From assembly GCA_964582295.1 (NCBI GenBank), contig CAZOQP010000001.1, positions 9,588-73,587 on the forward strand: DNA of 64,000 bases. Reading direction: 5' to 3'. How positions within the stretch are numbered: position 1 is the first letter of the stretch; every line of letters begins with the position of its first letter. Both the position numbers and the translations under genes were made by a program. This stretch comes from an uncultured Candidatus Saccharibacteria bacterium (GTDB lineage Bacteria; Patescibacteriota; Minisyncoccia; Phycocordibacterales; Zambryskibacteraceae). Under the pieces are notes generated by a model. That model ran no database searches. It saw only the letters and a program-made list of their open reading frames with translations, and was not told where the DNA came from. This document shows, piece after piece, positions 11,315 through 20,207 of the stretch.

Positions 11315-13090
11315 TTACAGTCCTGCTATTTCTTCAAACGGTATCTTTCCTTCAAACGCCTTGAGCATTGCATCTTCTTTCATGGTAAGGAAACCTTTGG
11401 CCCGCGCCACTTTGTATATCTCATTCTCGCCCGCGTTCGAGAGAATTAGCCCTTCCACTTCTTTATCCATCTCAAGCACTTCCATAACAGCCATACGTCC
11501 GCGGGTCCCCGTAGGACAGTCCTCCGTAGGAGATATCCCGTAAAATTCCTTCCCTATCTTTACTTTCTTTTTATATTCTTCCGGCAAGTCCTCAAACTGC
11601 TTTTCAACCATAGTTTTTATGCTTCCTTCAAGCGGAAGCTTTTTGCCGGCGCCCGGGCAAAGCGTCCTCACCAGGCGCTGTGCGATAGCAAGGTTCAATG
11701 TCGGCGGGATAAGATACTGGTCAACCCCCATGTCTATCAGACGCGGAATGACGCCCACTACATTATTAGTGTGGATAGTTGAAAGCACTAAATGGCCGGT
11801 AAGCGCCGCCTGAATGGCGAGCTGTGCGGTTTCTTTGTCTCGAATCTCTCCCACCATGATAATGTCCGGGTCTTGTCTCAAAGTAGTGCGCAAGCCTGTT
11901 GCAAATGTATATCCGATGTCGGGGCGCACCTGCGATTGGGAAACGCCCGCGATGTTGTATTCAATAGGATCTTCAAGAGAAAGCACGTTCTTGTGGTCAC
12001 GGTCCATTTCCTGAAGCATGGCGTAAAGAGTGGTGGATTTTCCGGAACCGGTCGGGCCAGAGATAAGCACCAGTCCATACGGCCTTTCTATAGCGTTCCT
12101 TATAAGCGCCAGGTTTTCTTTTGAAAGGCCCAGTTCATCCAAAGTCTTCACTCCCTTGTTCTGGTCCAAAATTCTCATCACCACTTTCTCTCCGTAATAG
12201 GCGGGAAAAGTGGAAACACGGAAATCAACCTTGCGATCGCCCAGGCGCGCCGAAAAGCGGCTGTCCTGCGGTTTTCTTTTCTCATCCAGGCGCATAGCGG
12301 AAAGTATTTTGATACGCGCCACCACCGCCATATGCACTTTGGGCGGCAGGACAAGGGAAGTATCAAGAACGCCGTCAATACGGAAACGCACCCTTACACT
12401 CTCACCCATATGCTCTATGTGGACATCCGAGGCGTTGCCGTCTATTGCGTAGCGGAGAATTGTCTGCACCATTTTTGTAACAGGCGCATCCTCCACGATA
12501 GTAGACATTCCGTTCTTATCCGTGCGTGCGATAGTGCCAGTGATGTCTTCATCCAAACTCGTGTCGGTGGCTTCCTGCGGGGTGTCCTGGCCAGACTTCG
12601 CGGCCTTTTTAGTTTCCTCGGCTATTTCCGTTTCAAGCTCGCCCAAAACTTTTGTCACTTCGCCTGAAAGACCTTTGTATTGAGTTATTATTTTTTTGAA
12701 ATCTTCTTCCGTGATAAGAAAAAGCTTGTAAGGCATTTCAAGCTTTGATGAAATGAAATTCAAAGCGTCGCGCGCCTCTATGTTATCCGGATCAACAATG
12801 CCGACCTCAAGCACTCCGTCCACAACGGCAATAGGCACGAAGCGATAATACGTGGCCGACTCTTCAGGGATAAGCTCAAGCACACTGCCTGCCACCTCCG
12901 TTGTGGAAAGATCGCGGGTGGGGATGTCCAAATACTGCCCTTTGCTTTTTAAAATCTCCTCGGCATCAATACCGCGGTTTAGAAGAACTCTTTCAACTGT
13001 TATGCCCTTCCCTTCCGCTTCTTCTTGTATAGAAGGGATATCTTTGGCCGATATTAGTTTTTTGTCGGCAAGTATTTCAAGAAAGCTCAT
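11315..13090 (-). CDS. pilB: type IV pilus assembly ATPase (GspE/PilB)
   Basis: ASDVHIE, GPTGSGKST, LEDPIE, LRQDPD, TGHLVLSTIH. Confidence 0.93.
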   Translation of the reverse strand: MSFLEILADKKLISAKDIPSIQEEAEGKGITVERVLLNRGIDAEEILKSKGQYLDIPTRDLSTTEVAGSVLELIPEESATYYRFVPIAVVDGVLEVGIVDPDNIEARDALNFISSKLEMPYKLFLITEEDFKKIITQYKGLSGEVTKVLGELETEIAEETKKAAKSGQDTPQEATDTSLDEDITGTIARTDKNGMSTIVEDAPVTKMVQTILRYAIDGNASDVHIEHMGESVRVRFRIDGVLDTSLVLPPKVHMAVVARIKILSAMRLDEKRKPQDSRFSARLGDRKVDFRVSTFPAYYGEKVVMRILDQNKGVKTLDELGLSKENLALIRNAIERPYGLVLISGPTGSGKSTTLYAMLQEMDRDHKNVLSLEDPIEYNIAGVSQSQVRPDIGYTFATGLRTTLRQDPDIIMVGEIRDKETAQLAIQAALTGHLVLSTIHTNNVVGVIPRLIDMGVDQYLIPPTLNLAIAQRLVRTLCPGAGKKLPLEGSIKTMVEKQFEDLPEEYKKKVKIGKEFYGISPTEDCPTGTRGRMAVMEVLEMDKEVEGLILSNAGENEIYKVARAKGFLTMKEDAMLKAFEGKIPFEEIAGL

Positions 13091-13098
13091 AAGCTTGA

Positions 13099-13464
13099 TT
13101 ACTGGCTGGTAGTTGTCGCGGAAGTTCCGCTTCTCGGAGCCGTAGCAGGAGCACTTGTAACAGAGCCCACATCAACACCAATTCTTTCAAAAGGATTCGG
13201 GCGGCCGAGTGCTGGGGCAGGTAAATTAACAGACCAATCGGTGAGACTCATGAAAACTTCGTCGTTAAATATGTCGGTGGTAAGGTTTATAGATTTGAGA
13301 TCGGAAAGAAGCTGAAGAAGGTCACTCCCCACCGTTTGAGCACCGATAGCATTGCCGCTCTCATCAAAAAGGGGCTCTGGGGTTTTGGAGATAAGGAGGT
13401 AGGCCGCTCCTGCTATCACGAGTATCACCACCACCCAGCCAACCATTTTTGTGTTTATATGCAT
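13099..13464 (-). CDS. pilus-cluster membrane-anchored protein (PilP position)
   Basis: N-terminal TM helix, GRPNPF motif, lies between pilO and pilB; start ATG 13464. Confidence 0.7.
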   Translation of the reverse strand: MHINTKMVGWVVVILVIAGAAYLLISKTPEPLFDESGNAIGAQTVGSDLLQLLSDLKSINLTTDIFNDEVFMSLTDWSVNLPAPALGRPNPFERIGVDVGSVTSAPATAPRSGTSATTTSQ

Positions 13465-13465
13465 A

Positions 13466-14011
13466 TTATTCAATCCAGTAAGTTTGTATGGTGACCTCAA
13501 ACTGATAATTGCTTGATTCGGCGCCAGTAGAGTTCATGGAAACAGCTTTCACATCTACGAGCTCCAGGCTTTTTTCCATATCCCGCAGGAAAGCTACAAA
13601 ATTTTGGTAAGTGGAGACAACTCCAAAAGAAAGAGTGCTGGTGCGATATCCTTTTTTAGGTTGGTTATTGATGGTTGCGCGGCTGTCGCTCGTCTCCTCC
13701 ACCATCTTTACTCCCCGCAAAGACATGCCATGCCTGCCCGCGACCGCATCAAGGTCGGTTATCAATTTCACACTGTTGAAACCTGTAGGCATCAACAGTT
13801 CCAGACGCGCACTTTCCTGGGGCGGCATACCGGAGAGCTGGCTTTCGAGCGAATCTCGGAGAGCTTTCACTTCTTCAATGTTGGCGAGCGCCATTTTATA
13901 ATCGCTCCTCTGCTGCATCAGGTCCCGGATGTTCATATAATGCGGATTGATATAAAGATAAAAAAGTCCGACAGCGATCGCGACGAGCAAGATTGGTACA
14001 AAAGGTTTCAT
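13466..14011 (-). CDS. pilO: PilO-like protein
   Basis: TM helix plus coiled coil plus YQNFVAFLRDMEKSLELVDV. Confidence 0.8.
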   Translation of the reverse strand: MKPFVPILLVAIAVGLFYLYINPHYMNIRDLMQQRSDYKMALANIEEVKALRDSLESQLSGMPPQESARLELLMPTGFNSVKLITDLDAVAGRHGMSLRGVKMVEETSDSRATINNQPKKGYRTSTLSFGVVSTYQNFVAFLRDMEKSLELVDVKAVSMNSTGAESSNYQFEVTIQTYWIE

Positions 14012-14012
14012 T

Positions 14013-14630
14013 TTATTGTTGCGATGGGATTATCTTGGACGAATATGAAATGGCCTCGGGCAGAAGAACGGTTTTGAAAGAGAAAATGACGGCGCCCTGC
14101 CTGTCGAGGTCTAGGTCGAAAAAATTAGGGTCTTTGAAAGTGGTCTCCTTGTTGAAAACTTCCGCCTGCTGGGCGACTGACACATATCCGATCGCCTCAC
14201 CTTTCAGAAGCACCTCTATCCCCTTGCTTCCGAGGGTAGTGAAAGAGAAATTGCTGAAGCGCAGGCTTTTTACGGTAAGGGTCTGAAGTTTTTCAAAAAA
14301 AGCAGAGAGTGCCACATGCTCCGAAAGAAGAGATTTTACAGAAGTGATACGCTCGTGGGCGCGGGTAAGCTCTGCTATTCTTTCCGGCTCTATCTCCTCG
14401 CGGGCGGCAGCAAGCGAGGTGTCCATAGAAGCGATGGTGCGATTGAGGTACCACTCCACTCCGAAAATTATGAAAGAAGCCACCACAGCAATAGTGAAAA
14501 GGGTGTTCGCAATAAAGCTCCATATTCCACCCATTTCACGCGGGCCATGTGCCGAAACCATTTTGGGCGCATTTGGTGCGGAAACTACGGGGCTTTTTGG
14601 TATGAAAGATGTCTGAAACTTTGGTTCCAT
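14013..14630 (-). CDS. PilN-like protein
   Basis: FQTSFIPK N-terminus, TM helix, coiled coil; between pilM and pilO. Confidence 0.75.
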   Translation of the reverse strand: MEPKFQTSFIPKSPVVSAPNAPKMVSAHGPREMGGIWSFIANTLFTIAVVASFIIFGVEWYLNRTIASMDTSLAAAREEIEPERIAELTRAHERITSVKSLLSEHVALSAFFEKLQTLTVKSLRFSNFSFTTLGSKGIEVLLKGEAIGYVSVAQQAEVFNKETTFKDPNFFDLDLDRQGAVIFSFKTVLLPEAISYSSKIIPSQQ

Positions 14631-14683
14631 CTCTAATTATTATACATCCTGCAAAGTCAATATCTCTTTCATTCTCCACAAGG

Positions 14684-15040
14684 GCGCTCATTCAACAGCA
14701 TTTTTCAAATAGCAATCGTTCGGGAGTCCCACTAAAAGAGACCACTCCGGGGCGTTTGCCCAAGTCTTAGTCTCTTTTAGTGGGACTCCCTCACTCTAAA
14801 TAACTCCAATTTGAAAAATGCTGTTGGATTCGCTTTAAGTTCTAATATTTAAGGAGCGAAGATAATACCCTTTTTCACACACGCGGGAGGTGATTTTAGA
14901 AATCAAGGAGTTGAGTAGGAAAATGGGAGTGTTTGAGGAAGCCGAAGGCTGACGAGTTGCCCATTTTACGTTATGAGACGACTATGATTTCGTAAGCACC
15001 GGAGCGGCAGCTGTTTGAAAAAGGGTGTTATCTGAGTGAC
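14684..15040. repeat. modular nested-hairpin repeat, copy A
   Basis: Core 14871-15022 matches 39437-39590 and 43994-44170; the aaaagagaccactccggggcgt...gtcttagtctctttt module is shared with copy B. Confidence 0.9.
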
Positions 15041-15043
15041 GTC

Positions 15044-16168
15044 TTATATTATCTCCCTCAACTTCCTCAACCCCAATCCGATAGCAACCGCAAATTCAGG
15101 TCCCGTATCTTTAAGAACGTTCTCCAAAAAGGCGGGTGTTTCGGTTTTTGAAAACGGGTCACTCATCTCTACGGGCGTTTCAAAGCTTTCCTGTGCAAGG
15201 GTTGCCAATCCTTTGAGTGCCGAGCCGCCTCCCACGAAAAGTATCTTCTTTAGGTTTTTATTGTATTTGCGCTCAAAGTTTAATATCACGCGATTGGCCT
15301 CGGCAAAAATATATTCAAGCGAAAGATGCACGATGTCTTTCATATCTTTGTCGCCGCTATCTGTGAGGCCGACACTTCTTTTCATAACCTCCGCCTGATC
15401 TATCGGAAGTCCCAAAGATTTTGCAATGGCGATAGTGATGTCGTGCGAGCCGCGGTTTATAGTGTGTGAAAGCCGCACAATGCCGCGCTCCACCACATAA
15501 AGCTTGGTTGAAGCGGCGCCCATATCAAATATCATCACAGGCGCGATGGTTTCATCTAACGCCGCACGCATGGTGGAGAAAATTTCTATTTCGTAGAAAG
15601 TTGCTGAAAGCCCTGATGCCTTCACGATAGCGTCATATTTCTGGAGCACTGCATTGTGAATGGCGACCAGGAGCACATCCAAAGTTTTCTCGCGCGGCTT
15701 TGCAAGCACGGGCCCGCCTTCCGGATTGTCTTCTATCTCCACGAAATCTTTCGGGATAAGAGACCAATCAAGAGAGACTTCGGACATGGGAAGAGGGATA
15801 TACTTGCGGGCTTCTATCGGGATAAGGTTCTGAAGCTCCTTGGGGCCAACCTCCGGCACTTCAATAAGGGACATCAAGCTTGAGGAGAAAGGGATGGCAA
15901 GAGCGCATGATTTAGTGGACACATTCACTTCCTTTTCCTTCAGAAGATCGTTCAGGGCCTCTATTATTTTCTCTTTAGGAAGATTGGTGGCTTGCCCCAC
16001 GCTTCCCCCTGCATATGGACCGAGCGCCAATTCCCCGTATGTCTCAAGCACAGCCGTCTCGCCTTTTTTGCGGAGTTGCACTATCTTTATAGCTGAAGAG
16101 CCAATATCAATGCCGAGGATACTCTTTTCCTCTTTTTGAAAAATGCGGGAGAATGAAGGGAACTGCAT
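15044..16168 (-). CDS. pilM: type IV pilus assembly protein PilM
   Basis: Actin-like fold motifs GIDIGSSAIK, FDMGA, VGGGS, AIGLGLR. Confidence 0.93.
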   Translation of the reverse strand: MQFPSFSRIFQKEEKSILGIDIGSSAIKIVQLRKKGETAVLETYGELALGPYAGGSVGQATNLPKEKIIEALNDLLKEKEVNVSTKSCALAIPFSSSLMSLIEVPEVGPKELQNLIPIEARKYIPLPMSEVSLDWSLIPKDFVEIEDNPEGGPVLAKPREKTLDVLLVAIHNAVLQKYDAIVKASGLSATFYEIEIFSTMRAALDETIAPVMIFDMGAASTKLYVVERGIVRLSHTINRGSHDITIAIAKSLGLPIDQAEVMKRSVGLTDSGDKDMKDIVHLSLEYIFAEANRVILNFERKYNKNLKKILFVGGGSALKGLATLAQESFETPVEMSDPFSKTETPAFLENVLKDTGPEFAVAIGLGLRKLREII

Positions 16169-16192
16169 AGGAAGTACATTATATCATCAGCC

Positions 16193-16831
16193 ATGAAAAG
16201 CTTAATTGAAAAAATACTTTCACTCATTTTTCCGAAAGGAGCAGGGGTGGAGGAGCTTGAAAAACTTTCTGCATCCGAATTGGTGCGCCTTTTGCCGCCT
16301 GGGCGCCAGGAAAATGGCATTTCTCCCCTCTTCTTATATAAAGACAGGCGTGTGAAAGCACTGGTGCACGAGATAAAACAGAATGCAAATGAAGTGCTTG
16401 CAGGAAAAGTAGCGGAGTTGATGGCTGAAAAGGTGCTTGAGTTTTTTGAAGACTCGCTTGTTTTCGGCGAGCATAAAATAGCTCTGGTGCCTGTGCCCAC
16501 ATCCGGGAAAAGGCAGGGCTCGCGCGGCTACAATCCGGCAGAAATGCTTGCACAAAAAATGGCAGCCGTGCGCCCAGACATTTTTGAGTACGCCCCAATA
16601 CTGGTGAAGATACGCGAAACGGAAAGACAGGCAAAACTTCGCAGGAAAGAGCGACTTACAAATCTTGTGGGAGCATTCAGAGCCGAACCTTTCGGCACGC
16701 CGAAAGGTTCGGCCTCCCCCGCCCTCATTATTGACGACGTCTCCACTACAGGCGCCACCATAACTGAAGCCAAGCGCGCTCTAACAGATAAAAATATCAA
16801 CGTTCACGGCACATCCGTCATCGCACGCTAA
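16193..16831 (+). CDS. comF: ComF family phosphoribosyltransferase-like competence protein
   Basis: LVPVP...RGYN, RKERLTNLVGAF, IIDDVSTTGATI. Confidence 0.88.
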   Translation: MKSLIEKILSLIFPKGAGVEELEKLSASELVRLLPPGRQENGISPLFLYKDRRVKALVHEIKQNANEVLAGKVAELMAEKVLEFFEDSLVFGEHKIALVPVPTSGKRQGSRGYNPAEMLAQKMAAVRPDIFEYAPILVKIRETERQAKLRRKERLTNLVGAFRAEPFGTPKGSASPALIIDDVSTTGATITEAKRALTDKNINVHGTSVIAR

Positions 16832-16850
16832 CTTTTTTACCTCTTACCTT

Positions 16851-17366
16851 TTACCTCACCTGCGCTGTCGCCAAAGTATCCCAAATAGCACGGCGGAGTA
16901 CGGTTTCCTGTTGTTGTGTTGAGCTATCCACGGAGCATGTCGCATCGCTCGGCTCAAATATCAGATAAAAATTTTCAAATATTTTCACTTGCGGAGGCAT
17001 ACCATCTTTCGTTTTGCTTCCTTCAAGAAGGGTTACCGTGTTCCATTCCCCATTCTCGCCATTCGGTTTTGAAAGTTCGGCTTTATCAATGCGGCGAAAT
17101 ACTCCGAGAGTGCACATGGGCTCGTTCGTCTCCGGATTTGCAATAGAAACCGAAAGCGAAGTGCCACCATTTGGAACATTCTGTCTTATATATGCGAGGC
17201 CGTTCAAAGCTTCAAGTGTCGGGATAATCACCCCGAGCGCCGCAAAGCCCCCCTCTGCATTCACCACTGCCGCCTCATTTCTCACACCACCCCTCCCCAC
17301 CAGCCAGATGACAAGGATGATAACCACAATGACCGCTACCGTACCTATAAGAGTTTTTTTCTCCAT
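16851..17366 (-). CDS. hypothetical membrane-anchored protein
   Basis: N-terminal TM helix; 171-aa ORF with ATG start. Confidence 0.7.
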   Translation of the reverse strand: MEKKTLIGTVAVIVVIILVIWLVGRGGVRNEAAVVNAEGGFAALGVIIPTLEALNGLAYIRQNVPNGGTSLSVSIANPETNEPMCTLGVFRRIDKAELSKPNGENGEWNTVTLLEGSKTKDGMPPQVKIFENFYLIFEPSDATCSVDSSTQQQETVLRRAIWDTLATAQVR

Positions 17367-17494
17367 TTTTTAATAATTAAGGGATATATACCCCGTGAGA
17401 TATGAAATACGAAGTGTCAGGTATTGATCAAAATTGGTTATCTCACGGGGTATACCCGTTGAGACGTTTCGCCCTATAGCCGCTTACATACGAA

Positions 17495-17529
17495 AAGGCC
17501 GTAAGGAAGCTCTGCTTCCTTACGGCCTT
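17495..17529. terminator. hairpin after the IMP cyclohydrolase gene
   Basis: aaggccgtaaggaagc-tct-gcttccttacggcctt. Confidence 0.7.
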
Positions 17530-17551
17530 ATTTGTTCCAGAGCAAAATGTT

Positions 17552-18211
17552 TTATCTCTTGTAGTTCCCTGAGTAGTGAAAATTGTGGGAATACTCCCAC
17601 GCGACCCTTGCCTCCTCGAGCATCCGATTGGCGTTCTTCGGGTAGTCCATCCACTGCCCGATAGCGGTGTCGTATTGACCTGTGTACCTGAATACCGCCG
17701 CAGCAAGTGCCTGCCTGAACCCTGCCGCTTCTTCTGCACCTCTCGGAGACAAAAGCTCATCTATCACGGATTCATAATCCCCAGGGCTACAGACCGCCCA
17801 CACATGGGGCCAATTCTTTGCCGCCGCCCGAAGAAGTGTCGGGCCGCCGATATCTATCTGTTCAATGCTGGGATTTCCTGCAAAATCATAAAGATTGCAG
17901 ACCACCAGGTCTATCATCTTCATGGAATGTTCCCAAGCCGCTTCCATATGCTCCACATTGGAGCGATCAGGAAGTATACCGCCGTGGATTTTATGGTGAA
18001 GCGTCTTCAAACGTCCTCCCATCATTTCAGGTAAACCCGTCACCTCTTCAATGGGAGTGTGCGGAATTCCATACTTCTCAAGCTCCCTCGCTGTGCCTCC
18101 GGTTGAGATGATTTCCCACCGGCCGATGTCTGTCAGAGCTTCGAACTTATCCAGTCCCCTTTTGTTGGTAACGGAGATAAGCGCCCGACGCCGTTCAATC
18201 GGTTCGTTCAT
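17552..18211 (-). CDS. stand-alone IMP cyclohydrolase (PurH N-terminal domain only)
   Basis: RALISV.NK.G, STGGTA, GGRLKTLH, IDIGGPTLLRAAAKN; ends before any AICAR transformylase domain; start ATG 18211. Confidence 0.85.
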   Translation of the reverse strand: MNEPIERRRALISVTNKRGLDKFEALTDIGRWEIISTGGTARELEKYGIPHTPIEEVTGLPEMMGGRLKTLHHKIHGGILPDRSNVEHMEAAWEHSMKMIDLVVCNLYDFAGNPSIEQIDIGGPTLLRAAAKNWPHVWAVCSPGDYESVIDELLSPRGAEEAAGFRQALAAAVFRYTGQYDTAIGQWMDYPKNANRMLEEARVAWEYSHNFHYSGNYKR

Positions 18212-18355
18212 TATCTGCCTCGCAAGTGTATTGTTAGGAAGCCACAGGTGCGGCTCCAAGAACATCCAGCCGCTACACTACTCGCCCCACCGAAACAGTC
18301 AAATACCCGCGAGAAAATCTCTCGCGGGTATTTTAAAGCCAGAAAACTGCTACGG

Positions 18356-18622
18356 TCAGATAGATCCTCGAGAGTCCCAAGCACCTACACTCACTACGCG
18401 ATTCTGTTCCTGATAAGCATCCATCTTTTCACGTACTTGGTCCCAAGACGGCGCAATTACGGTATAGATTGGATTACCATCCGGCAAATCGCATTCTTCG
18501 GGATCCTCTAACTTATCCCACACCTCGGTGTAGACTCCAGTACTGTCTTCGACAATCGGTCCCGAAACCTTATACAGCCGACACCGATGATTTTGAATAC
18601 CAACCACGGCATTGTCCTGCAT
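18356..18622 (-). CDS. hypothetical protein
   Basis: 88-aa ORF with GAGAGG upstream of the ATG and a hairpin (18304-18330) downstream. Confidence 0.55.
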   Translation of the reverse strand: MQDNAVVGIQNHRCRLYKVSGPIVEDSTGVYTEVWDKLEDPEECDLPDGNPIYTVIAPSWDQVREKMDAYQEQNRVVSVGAWDSRGSI

Positions 18623-18694
18623 GATGTCGCCTCTCCGATGAATGAGGTAAAGATCGTTCCTGCCCGCAATAATACCTTATTACGATAGATATTA

Positions 18695-18883
18695 TTATTT
18701 CTTCCTTTTCTTAGTACGAGCGTCGCGGATGATGAGTGCCCCGCCCGATTTCCTCACCTTCACCCTCTGCCTCTCCCTCCAGCCAAGGCTCTTAACCAAG
18801 TCGGCAGGCAAAGTAAGTCCAAGACTGGCCCGCCCCATCCTCGTCAGCTTCCTTGTATTTGTTTCTGTAGATTTCTTAGCCAT
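18695..18883 (-). CDS. AbrB/MazE/SpoVT family DNA-binding protein
   Basis: RKLTRMGRASLGLTLPADLVKSLGW...VKVRKSGGALII. Confidence 0.8.
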   Translation of the reverse strand: MAKKSTETNTRKLTRMGRASLGLTLPADLVKSLGWRERQRVKVRKSGGALIIRDARTKKRKK

Positions 18884-18917
18884 GTACGTACATATGTAAG
18901 TAGATATGTACGTACAT
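18882..18917. promoter_or_regulatory. tandem palindromic operator candidate
   Basis: ATGTACGTACAT at 18882-18893 and 18906-18917, at the AbrB-like gene start. Confidence 0.55.
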
Positions 18918-18964
18918 TGTACATCAAACCTAATTTCATTCGAGTGATTACTTTAACAAAATGC

Positions 18965-19402
18965 TCATTTCTTATATAAAACAAAGAACGGTATTTCATC
19001 GATTCTTATATAGTTGAACATTTTATAATTTGCACGTCTAGCTGTTGAGGATAATTGACGCATTTTTAAATTTATTTTTGGAATAAAAGGATAGAATCTG
19101 ATTTCATGGTGTTTCTCCTTTTTATTTTTATCATCCCATTTAAAATTAGTTATAAGCGGCGGAACCATATAGCCTGATTTCATTACTTTTGAAATAATCT
19201 CCCACCCAGCACCAAAAATTATTGGCTTCGGTTTACTATTGTTTGTTTTTACTTGTGCACGAAAAAGGCATGCCTTACATTGAATATCATATAAGGGGTA
19301 ATTCTTGGGAAGCGCCATAAGTTTCTTTCCACAGTTAGGGCACGGAACAAGTTCTACAACCTCCAATTCTCCTGCATCCCCCGAATCCTTATTTTTACTC
19401 AT
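18965..19402 (-). CDS. DpnI-like (Dam-replacing family) endonuclease, catalytic domain only
   Basis: CPNCG...YDIQCKAC...QVK and LSSTARRA parallel the DpnI N-terminal domain; no winged-helix domain. Confidence 0.72.
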   Translation of the reverse strand: MSKNKDSGDAGELEVVELVPCPNCGKKLMALPKNYPLYDIQCKACLFRAQVKTNNSKPKPIIFGAGWEIISKVMKSGYMVPPLITNFKWDDKNKKEKHHEIRFYPFIPKINLKMRQLSSTARRANYKMFNYIRIDEIPFFVLYKK

Positions 19403-19467
19403 ACGAGCATTAGATCATCCAAGGTTTTATAACACAAGACTAGAAAATATTCCTAAATTAAAAATCT

Positions 19468-20205
19468 TTATTTTTGAGCAGCTATCATATCTTTAAGTTT
19501 TTCAATTGAAAGAATAATTGCCTTTTTTCGATGGATGATTCTGTGACAATTTGAGCATACGGGAACAACATTTTTCAGTGCATCCATGATTGACTGTTCA
19601 AGATTATCTTCATACGCAAAAATTGGTTTTAGATGATGAATTTCAATGAATCCTTTACCAGCAAGGCCATAGAACTCTTCAAAATTGAAATTGCAAGCTT
19701 CGCAATAAATTTTATTGTGCTTTTTGAAATGTTCTTTCGCAATCTCAATTAACTTCTTCGATCGAAATCTTGTTTTTACATGGTTAGATCTAATGAAACC
19801 TTCTTCAATAATTAGGTTAACGAAATTTTGATCAATAACTTTTTCTCTATCATTTTCAGAAAAACCATTAGTTTCTATGAAGTCAAAGCCGTCAATGTTG
19901 TCAGAAATATATTTTTTACCTAAGTCAGTTATTTTAAGTAACCCTTTATTTTTACTAATTGTATCGTAGGTTGCTAAACCTTTTTTAAATATACTTCTTT
20001 GGGAAATACCTCTATGAGAAATTATATTTCTTACTTTTTGACTAAAGCGAGTATCCTTGCGATTAGCACTCAGCTCAAGATCTTTCCCTTCTGGTTTTAA
20101 AGTTTCTGTTAGATAAATAATCAGGTTTGATGTCAAAATTCCATCCTCTTTTGACGAAAGATAGACTAACGTGGGCATTATTAAATCACTCTCACTGTAA
20201 ATCAT
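19468..20205 (-). CDS. winged-helix (Mrr_N-like) plus HNH endonuclease
   Basis: CEACNFNF...IEIHHLKP...VCSNCHRIIH McrA-like HNH; N-terminal RFSQKVRNIISH helix domain. Confidence 0.85.
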   Translation of the reverse strand: MIYSESDLIMPTLVYLSSKEDGILTSNLIIYLTETLKPEGKDLELSANRKDTRFSQKVRNIISHRGISQRSIFKKGLATYDTISKNKGLLKITDLGKKYISDNIDGFDFIETNGFSENDREKVIDQNFVNLIIEEGFIRSNHVKTRFRSKKLIEIAKEHFKKHNKIYCEACNFNFEEFYGLAGKGFIEIHHLKPIFAYEDNLEQSIMDALKNVVPVCSNCHRIIHRKKAIILSIEKLKDMIAAQK

Positions 20206-20207
20206 AT

